Positions 54,610 to 64,000 of a DNA stretch of 64,000 nt are shown here, in pieces; positions within the stretch are counted from its first letter, which is position 1; each line of letters starts with the position of its first letter. Source of the DNA: Vicugna vicugna (taxonomy: Eukaryota); assembly GCA_013265495.1 (NCBI GenBank), contig MU058824.1, positions 1,825,111 through 1,889,110 of the forward strand, in the 5' to 3' direction. Below the pieces are notes generated by a model, which saw only the letters and a program-made list of their open reading frames with translations, did not search any database and was not told the origin of the DNA. Made by a program: the position numbers and the translations under genes.

Positions 54610-57600
54610 GTACCCAATGGGCTTGCCTCTTGCTTGCACACCCAGGGCTCTTGGTGACCAAGCCTTTACTCTCCTGTTGGGAGTGAGTGGGAGGAACCAT
54701 CTGCTAAAGAAGCAGAGCCAGGGATGTGACTCAGGATCAGTTAGGGCAACAGTACAGCATCAAGGGCAAGAACATGGGCTCTGAGGCCAGGCTGCCTAGA
54801 TTCAATTCCAAATCCTGTGTGGCCTTGGGCAAGTTGCTTAACCCTTCTGAGCTTTGGTTTCCTTTCCTGTAAAGTATGCCTGCTTCCTAGGGTTATTATG
54901 AGGATTAAATTAATCCATACACCTTACATGGTTGGAACAATGCCGGCCTGTTGTCAGAGCTCAGTAAATGTCAGCTACTATTATGATGATGACAGCTGTG
55001 GGAAGAGCTCAAGAAATGAAACTCACAGAGCTGCTACGAGGAAGGTTAATGAGAAAATACAGTTATTGTTGTCGCTTCTTACGTAAATGCTTTTGTGCTG
55101 TGGGTTGGGTAAATCAATGATTTTATCATCAATGGCCCCATAAGGCAGAATCTTTACCCCCATGTGGCCCACAAGTGAAGTTTCTTGATCCCAAATCCTA
55201 AAACATCTCAGCATGGGGGAGTCTAGGAGCTCATACCCTCCTGCCCATGCTGCAGCCAGGGTTATGATTGGCAGGTTTTAGAATTGGGACAGACAACCCA
55301 GAGAGCTGCCCCTGTGACAGTGTGGAGAGTGAGGTCGCAGCACAGAGCTGCAGTGTGTCTAACACACCTCAGCCTCAGTTGACAGGGAAACAGTGGGCGA
55401 GAGCAGGACCTGTGGCTGGGCACCGCCTAGACCCCAGTACCTGGATGCTTTGCAGACTGAGCTCATCTGCCCTTAGCCTTCTCCTCCCCACTTTTCCTTC
55501 CCTCAGTAAATGGCCTTCATTTACCCAGTTGCCCCAGCAACTGGGAGCCCTCTTGCTCCTTCCTAGATCACTGATAGTCAGTCCATTCAGTCCCCTGTGC
55601 TGGCGATGTCTGCCCTCTGGCCTGCACCTCAGACCCAGGCCCTTCTCACCCCTGTTGCCTTGGGTCAGGCCTCAACTGTTAGCTGGAAACCACAGCAGCC
55701 TCCTCTATGATGTCCCCGTGTCCCAACCTGCCACCTCAGACCCACCCCCTTCACTACAGCCAAAGTGTGCTTCCTCAAATGAAAACCTGAGCTCCCCACC
55801 CCACCCCAGCTTCCATAGCCACCCACCATGTCCCAGGCCCAGTCCCAGCTTTTTAGCACCAAACTCAGGCCTCATCCTTCCTCGTCTTCCCTCTGCCCGC
55901 TCCCCCGGAGCCCACTTGCAGCAGCACCAGAGGCATGTCTGCTCGCTCCTCTCTGCCTGGTGAGCTCCTGCTTAGTCTCTGTGGCCGAGCTCCACTGTCA
56001 CCTCCTCCTCTGCCACCGCCTCTCGGAAGCCTTCCCGGACTGTGCCCCCTGGACTTGTATGAGCCCTCAGCACTTTTTGCGGATGGTTCCAACAAGGCCT
56101 GTCACGTTTTGTTGTAATTAGAGCATCCTTGTCAGTCTCTGCCCTCTGGCCCTGAAGGATGAGGGCTGTGTCTTTGTCACCTGTGTCTCCCCTACCTGCT
56201 GCCCTGCCAGGCACAGTCGATATTTGCTGAGTGAATGTGTGAGTGAATACATCGAATTTTATCGTTAAATGAGGAAAGGAATGAAAAGCCCTCAGTGTAA
56301 TGGCAGGCACAGTGTGAGAGCTCAGTACGGGGGAGCTGCCCTGTAAAACTGTCGCTGTGTGTGTACCTGCACGCTGTCACTGTCAAGTACCTCTTTTTAG
56401 GGTCTATAATAATCATCCATAATTGTTTCAGAGAACTTGCTGGGGCTTTTATGCTTGTAAGGACTTTCTTTGAGGAAGGGTTTGTTTGCTTTTGCTTCTG
56501 CACTTCTGCTCACCCTCCACTCCCATCTGCCGGAGACTCAGCACCCCAGCTGTGCGGGAAACTGCAAACTGAGTTGACATGGTTGCCGAATCAGCCTCAG
56601 ACTAGAAGCAACAAAAAGCCCTCCTCCTGACAATTCCCGAGCGTCCAGAATTGAAATCAGTAGAACTGGGTAATCAGAAGAATGGCTTCGGTTCAGCACA
56701 CTCGGTGGGCCTCTTCTGGGCCAGCCTGTGCTGTGAGCATCAGGGGAGGGGAGCGATTGCCATAACGAGCAGGCTCCAGTCTCCTGACAGGGGCGCTCGG
56801 GGAGGAGATGCAGGAAGCAGGGATGTGGGCTTCTCCTGAAACCTCTCTTGTCCCACAGTCTGCCTTCACCCTCCTGGACCCAGGGCCCCTGTATAACCTT
56901 CCCTAGTCTATCCAGAAAGAAATTTCTAGAGTCTTGAGCAAACTGGCAGACCCAGGATTAGACTGGAGGCTGCCCCACCTCTCCAGTCTCCACCCTTCCT
57001 GGGAGGAAGCAGGGGCCTGCTCCCAGGGCAGCGAAAACCAACAGACTCTCATCTGACCTTGAGTCACAGACACATCAGCTTGTAAAAGTGTCTTACCACA
57101 GTCCTTGAGCAATCTGCAAGGCATGTTCTCTATAGCTTTTACACCTTTATTTTATACTTTACCTAAACAGTGGTCTCCACAAGAGCCAAAAAGGATGGAG
57201 GGGAAGTCAACAAATTTATAAGAATGTTAACATGCTGCCTAAGTAGGGCACAGTTTACAAAGGACTTTTTTAAATGTATGTCATAAAAATATGCATACCA
57301 CTTACTGACTCTGTTCTCACAGTTTATATGCATTGTTTTCTCAGCCTCACAGCAATCTCAAGTAGGTAGTGTTATTCCTATTTTTCAGAAGAGGCTCAGA
57401 GAGGTTAAGAGACCTGTCCAGGGTCACACAGGAAGAAAATGGCAGCACTGAAATTTGAACCCTAGTCTGCAGACTCATTCCACCACCACCACCCCACTCC
57501 CCTTCAGCTTTGGAGGCAACTGGTCATGTGTCCAGGGCCCTTTGGGGAAGCAGTGGCCCACAGGTCCAGGCACTTTTTGTTGGGTGATGATTTCTTCCTA

Positions 57601-59043
57601 CTGGTAATGGGGCAACCTCTACAGCTCAGGCAAAAGAATTATAGGTTAATGCCGCTGAAAATTCTTCATGTGATCACCTCACTGAGAGTGTTTCACTAGC
57701 CTGGAGAGGGGCCCAGAGGCCCTAGGCCAGAGCCTTGGGTCATCAATTCTGTTTCCTACAGTGGCATCTGTCTGGAACCGAACCCACAATATCTCTGAGG
57801 TGTGCCTGTATTTTATGTTTTTACACCCACACCTTTTTTCAGATGTAGTGCAAAAATAAATACGCTCTACCCCTACATTTTCACCCTCTCAGTAAGAGGG
57901 CTCCAAATGAGAGGTGTTATCTACTGCCCTGTTGTCCTCAGGGGCCACTTGGTCAAGATGGTACCATCCCATAAGTGGCCTGAGTTCTCTCTCACTTTTT
58001 GTAATACTCAAAATTGACTTCTAAATATTTCAACTCCCTCTCTTATACCTCTAATAATGTGTCCTTTGCTTCAAAACCTCCCTTAACATTAAACATTTTG
58101 AAGCACTTGCTGTATGGGAATCATTGTTTAAACACTTGGAAAATGTAGAAAACTGGAAGAAAAAAGTAGTCATAATCCTATCACCCAGAGACAGCCAGTA
58201 TTAACATTATGTCATGAGCTCCTATCTGCCTTTTACTTAGACATATTTTGGATCATATAATAATATAAAACATCCTACTTTGCTTTTTGGTACTCAGTAG
58301 AGTGATCTGAAATTTTCCCTGTTGTAAAATCTTTTTATAAACAGCTACTTTTGGTAAAGATATATTATTTTTCTGTTTTTAAAAGTAATTCATGTTTACT
58401 GTAGAATATGTAGGGGGAAAACCATAAATTATAATGAGCATATCCTGCCTATTTCTAATCCCATCATGTAGTTTTGACCACTGTTAAGATTGCAGAGTGT
58501 ATTTCTTTGAGTTTTTTGTCTGTACAGTTGAGACATACAACAAACCCAATTTGTTATATGGTTTTTTCCATATTATATCTCATCCCCATACTTAAGCATT
58601 CTTCATTAGCATTGTTTTAATGGTTGAGTAATATTCCATTGTGTGAAAAGCATCATGATATATTTAACCTTTCCCTAGATCTTTACGCTAGTTCCAGTTT
58701 GAGGCTAAACAGTACCAGGATGAACCTCTTGGCTCATAAAGCTTTGTCTGCATTTCAGGCAACTTCTTTAGGATGGATTCTCAGATGTAGAAATATCTGC
58801 AATTCTGCAAACTTTTAAGGGGGTTTCCAGGAAGGCTGTCTCAGCAAAATGCATCATTTTACTGGTTGCAGCACATTTGGAGAAAAGCCTGCCTCTTTGG
58901 TGTTAACCTGGAAGGAAGGCTTGCCCGTACAGCTCACAGACTCCTGCCTGCTCCCAGGCAGACCTGAGCCTGTAGCACCCACCTGTCTAGTCTTTGCAAG
59001 TGCAGTGACCCAGTGGGTGACTTCCCTTTCCTTTGTTCCCCAG

Positions 59044-59191
59044 AGCAAGAGGAGGCGGAGCTGGAGGAGTTCCTGTGTCCTGTGAAAACGCCCCCTGGAC
59101 TTGTGGGCCTAGCAGCTGCCTCCCAGCCAGTCCCTGCCATGCCCTTGGCTCTTCAGAATATTTCCCTCAAGCACCTGGGAACTGAGATACA
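59044..59191 (+). CDS. TBC1D2: TBC1D2 exon 3, 148 nt: (E)QEEAELEEFLCPVKTPPGLVG...ALQNISLKHLGTEI(Q)
   Basis: Acceptor ctttgttccccAG at 59042-59043, donor GTGAGT at 59192; phases 1/2 consistent. Confidence 0.94.
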
Positions 59192-61099
59192 GTGAGTGCC
59201 CGTGGAGCTGAGGGGCTGGCCAAGCTGCAAGCAGTCCCTTCTTTGGCGCTTACAGTGATCAGGCGTGATTCCCTTACAGGGAGTTGGGCCTGGGTAGAGG
59301 GTTAGGAGCTTTATTTTCAATTCATCACATCATGACTTTAAAATATTACATTTGTTGTTCTGATTTTTGAAGTAGTGCATGTTCTTTGTAGGAGATTAGG
59401 AACACCTAGAAAGGTATGCATTTACAGTTACCATAGTCCTGTCACCTGGACAGGCATTCTCAGCATGTGCTATATCTCTTTCCCCGAATTTTCTATATTC
59501 ATATGTGCATAATTGAGATCATATCAACATAATGGGATGATGACTTCACTAAATGTCTACATATGTCAAACATCAAATTATTCACTTTTAACATGTGTAA
59601 TTTATTGTATACTGATCACATCTCAGTTTCTTTTTCATTTAATACTGTATGGTATATACGATTTCCCACTGGCAGGCTTTGTTTTAAATACTTTATAAAA
59701 AGTTAGCAGTGCCTGGATTTGTATCCTGGCCCCACCATTTATGGGCAGTGCTGCCCTTAGCAAGTTGTTTGATTTCTCTGTGCTTCACTTAAATTGTCAG
59801 TAAATGTAAGCACAACAGTGCTAGCCTTACAAGATGTGTGTGTGTGTGTGTGTGGTAAATGGGTTAATGCATGTAAACTGCTTTATAGCTGCTTGGGGAT
59901 CAGTAAGCACTGAAATATTGTCTGTTGCTATTACTGTTGCTCTAATTGAAGGAATGGAAGCTTTTGGAATTCAGGCTATTCTCAATCCTGATCCTGTTTG
60001 GGTGCTCACTTTCTGTATAGACTTCAGACAAACTGGGACCCCTTAGAAGGCAGAATAGATTGTTAACTGGACTTGGATTAGAGACCCCTGGCTCTGTGTG
60101 AACCAGGCATAGCGTTTCCCTCTGTTGGCTTCAGCATTTGAATTTGCTTGGGTAACTAGCAGAGTAGTGATGCTCTTCCCAGGAGAGAAGCAGGTTTCAG
60201 GGAAAATATGATGAGTGTCCTTTAGGGCCTACTGGCTGGAGGTGGAACTACCCCACAGTGGGTGGAACAGCCTGGAACACAGGAGAGAGAGCTGAGCTGG
60301 ACAGAGAGACTTGGGGGGTATGGGGTGTGGTTGAGCCCCCAGTGTGAACAGACAAGGTGGATGCCCTGTAGGGGATGTTCCCTCAGGCAGAGCTGGAGGG
60401 ACCTCGGTGCATGGGGAGCCTGCTGTGGCAGAAGGGACCTGAGAAGTCCAGCCACCCAGCTGGTGTGTGTCTAGGATGGTCTCCCTAAGACTAAGCCAGG
60501 TTTCTGCATAATGACCACCACAAACAGCAGAAGTGGAACAGAGAACATGCAGAGATCAAGAAGGAAGGAAGTTCCTGAGGATCAGTCAGTTACTTGTAAT
60601 AACCCACAGAAATGCGAGGCAGTGTTGCAAGTGCCCTGGCTGCTGACAGCCCCCATAAGACCAGGGTTGCCCTTGTCTCCTGCACCCACTGGACAAGGGG
60701 AAGTGTGGGCAGCAGTGACGCTCACCCCACCCAGCCAGTGCCTCTGGCTATAGTGATGTGCCCCTGAGTTCTCACCAACTCATGTGGCTTATGGTGTGTG
60801 AAGGTCATGTGATGGGCTCAGCATGGTGCCCCTCATGGTCATCATTCATACTAATATGGCCACCACTCTTTAATTTTTAAATGGGTAAAGTAAGAACTAG
60901 GAAAAATAAATGACTAGCCCAAGGAGTCAGGGCTCTTTATTGAAGGTCAGGTGTTGGGAGTCCTGACATCTGATTTCTTCTGTGTTCTTAATTTAATTGA
61001 TTAATTTTACCTTCCATCAGTCAGCTGTACTTTCCATTAAAGTATAGTTTCATTTTTTTTCCTATTCTGGACCCAGCTATACCAAAAAACTGGATTTTG

Positions 61100-61845
61100 C
61101 TTTAAAAGTAAGTTTAAGATCGAATGATAGTTCCTTGAAATGATGAACGAAATTGATAAACTTTTACCTTGAAAGACCAGAAAAAACAGATTCAAATGAC
61201 TAAAGGCAGGAACAAAAGAAGGGACATTACTACCAACCTTATAGAAATAAAAAGGTTTATAAGGGAATACCATGAACACACACAAACAAAAACCTAGGAC
61301 CAGATAAATTCACTGGTGAGTTCAACCAAACATTTACAGAAGAGTTAATACCAATTCTTTACAAACTCCAGCCCTCCCCCTGCAAAAAGAGCAGGGAACA
61401 CTTCCCAACTTATTCAATTAGGCCAATATTGTTCTGAAACCAAAACCACATAAAGAGAATGTTTTGAACACCCAGAGCCTTCACCTATACTGCTTGTATC
61501 AATTTTGCCAGCAGGCTTTTTTTTTTTTAATTCACCTTTTCACAAAGGACATGGACCTTCAGGAATCCCAGCTTTATGTAAGAATTTCAGTTTTAACTCC
61601 ATATTTTGTATGGGTCCAAAACCTTGTTTTCTTTCCTCCTTTGCAACCAAGGCTCTAGGTTTCTGGTATCAACAGTCTATTTCTGATCACAGGAAAAAAA
61701 AAAAGTAACTATGTGTGGTAAGGAATGTTAACTAGACTTACTGTGGTGATCCTTTTGCAATACATTCATGCATTTAATCAGTATGTTGTACACTGGAAAC
61801 TAATATCACGTTATACTCAATTACATTTCAATTAAAAAAAAAACC
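61100..61845 (+). mobile_element. Fragmented L1 (ORF2 pieces and an L1MA-type 3' end)
   Basis: GGGACATTACTACCAAC...AGGACCAGATAAATTCACTGGTGAGTTCAACCAAACATTTA and GTTAACTAGACTTACTGTGGTGATC...TGTTGTACACTGGAAACTAATAT; interrupted by other sequence. Confidence 0.7.
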
Positions 61846-62555
61846 AATTGATCCTTGGACAAACTCACATCCTAGCCAACTTTCACAATAATAATTCTGC
61901 AAACAAACACTTCAGAATTCAGTGTCATATAATAATACACATTTATTTCCAGCACATCTGGGTTTAACCGATACAAGCTGGATTCCCCTGGTCCTGGCTC
62001 CAAGCCATTGGGAAAATCTAGGTCTACACATATTTCTCACTTTCCATGGACCAGCCGCTGAGGCATGTTCTTCAAGAGGGCAAGCCCTACATGCAAGCGC
62101 ATTTTAAACCTGTGTTTAACATCATACCTACCAACAACCTTTCAGCCAAAGCCAGTCACATGGCCATGCCCGAAGTCAAGAGGAGGAGGGGGAAGTAGTC
62201 TCCTGTGGAGGTGGAGGGGAAGGAGTGAGTATTTGCCCAGCGGTAATTTAGTCCCCACATTCATCTTCCTCTTTACTTCCCACTTGAATTTCACCTCGTT
62301 TTTTCTGTTTGGTCCCTTCCTTTTTCTGGGAATTCAGCTAAATATTTTAAAAATATGTTTTGCATTTATCTATCATCTAGGTGTTTGTGGAGCAAGGGTT
62401 TTTTAGAGTAGTTTGCCCACCATATTGCTAGATGTTTGCATGGACCGTAGGGACCATGGAGCAAAGCCAGGGCTCCATCACGGTCTACAGACCTTGGCAT
62501 CCTCTTGTTGTTTGACCATGCTATTGCTGCCCTTTAAGTAAGTGACCTCCTCGTG

Positions 62556-62765
62556 CAGTCTTTTTCAAACTTTTGACCATGACTACAGTAAGAAAAACAT
62601 TTTATTTTATAGCTCAGTCCACATATATATAATTCACAAAATTTTAACCCTTCCTGAGTGGGGTGCATTCTGGTATGTTCTGTTCCAATTTTTAAAAACC
62701 AGTCATGACGTGAAACTGATTTTCAGTCTACCAGTGGGTCACAACCTGCTGTTTGAAAAACTCTG
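62556..62765. mobile_element. hAT-Charlie MITE
   Basis: Terminal inverted repeats CAGTCTTTTTCAAAC and GTTTGAAAAACTCTG (13 of 15 complementary). Confidence 0.7.
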
Positions 62766-63658
62766 ACTTCCTGATCTTTTTTGTCATTTTTTTCTTTCTT
62801 GTTATTAATGTAAGAATATGTCTACTTTTATCCTTTTACTAAGGGTGTATAAACTCAGTCAGACTGCCTTTTCATCTGACTCATTATGAATCTCTCCATG
62901 GTCTGCGGTGCCAGGCCAGCCTTTAGTGCTACCTGGCTCCTTCCTGCAAACATCTGTTGAGCCTGCATTCCGTACCAGCAGGCATGCTGATAGGTGGGTG
63001 CCCAGCTCTTGAAGAGAAGATGCCATTACTCAGCCTAGACAAGTACTTGGTCAAAGGGTGGCCCATTCCTGAAGTGTGGTAAGCTCCTTGGAGCCTGTTG
63101 AGGTGATCAGTGGAGGCTACAGAGAGAACAGATTTGAGCAGGGAAAGAAAGCAAGGGGAGATGGAGGCCAGGAGAGGTTTGGAACTTTTCTCAGCAGAAA
63201 TAGGGAGCCACTGATGGATTTTGAGCCGGGTAGTTATAAGATTGGATGAAGGTTTCAGGAAGTTAGTTTGGCAAGTCCATCCAACATTCATTCAACAGGT
63301 ATGTAGTAAGTGCCCTCTATGCTTCAGGCACTGTTCTAGGCATTCAGAGGTTTTCAGTGAACAAAACAGACAAACATCCCTGCTCTCATGGAGCTTATGC
63401 TCCAGCAGTGGGGCTGGAGGCAGAGGCGTCAAGCGTATATTGTTTACAAGGAATACTGTGTATGGAAGGTGATATGTACAATAAGAAAATGAAAAGGAGA
63501 GGGTGAGGGTGACAGGAGTGGCTCAGGTGGGATGCATCGGACTGATCGGGCCGTGACTAGGGATGAGGATGCGGCCCAAGCGCCAGCAGCGCCAGTGGGG
63601 AGGGCAGTGGGCAGGATGGCAGGGCTGTCAGCCTCGGGATCCTCCATTTTCCTTTCAG

Positions 63659-63792
63659 AAACACGATGCATAACATCCGGAGCAACAAGCAGACCCAAGG
63701 AACAGGCCACGCTCCCCCAGGAGAAGATTCCCCACTGAGCGAGGAGCCCCAGAGGGAGGAGCAGCCCTCATCCCCTGACCCCGGCACCCCAG
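63659..63792 (+). CDS. TBC1D2: TBC1D2 exon 4, 134 nt: NTMHNIRSNKQTQGTGHAPPGEDSPLSEEPQREEQPSSPDPGTP; the gene continues beyond the window
   Basis: Acceptor ttttcctttcAG at 63657-63658, donor GTGAGC at 63793; phases 2/1; resembles human NTMHNIRGNKQAQGTGHEPPGEDSP as remembered. Confidence 0.93.
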
Positions 63793-64000
63793 GTGAGCCT
63801 CTGCCCAGGTCCGAGCTGCCTTCAGAGACTGAGTGTGTGCCCTCTCTCCTCCCCGAAAACCAGCATTCATGCTTGTGTGTGTCAAAGGTGGAACTCTCCA
63901 GGTCACTCCTCCTCTCCTCCTGGGCTTCCACGGGTCTAGTAGCAATGATTCTTTTTTGGGGGGTGATAACAATACGTAACTTAAAACTTACCACTTTAAC

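Noticed and set aside
55268..55963. 231-aa ORF, the longest in the track, and similar 100-190 aa intronic ORFs (14628-15167, 16974-17465, 26599-27087, 33615-34166)
   Set aside because: No recognisable domain, Pro/Ser/Leu-rich composition typical of GC-rich non-coding or L2-derived DNA, several with non-ATG starts, and no supporting splice structure.

Overview
Mammalian genomic DNA, most likely a camelid: it carries a tRNA-Ala-derived Vic-1-type SINE and artiodactyl-type L1 3' ends. Two genes lie head-to-tail on the + strand. The first is the 3' end of GABBR2: six coding exons (14-19 by human numbering, 310 codons covering ECL2, TM5-7 and the C-terminal tail) plus a ~2.45 kb 3'UTR ending near 37360. 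The second is the 5' end of TBC1D2/Armus: a CpG-island promoter near 50.1-51.0 kb and coding exons 1-4. The rest is intronic or intergenic sequence rich in L1, MIR, MaLR/ERV LTRs and hAT MITEs, and most short ORFs in the track are noise. The most notable observation is a ~400 bp betaretrovirus-like solo LTR (about 20505-20900, sense strand) ending 29 nt before GABBR2 exon 14, apparently inserted at the branch point. It contains a near-perfect half constitutive transport element (CTE; NXF1/TAP-binding loop), a TATA box and a complete poly(A) signal, so it could generate lineage-specific truncated GABBR2 RNAs. Those functional consequences are hypotheses. Repeat family names and reference motifs are recognised from memory, not from a database search.
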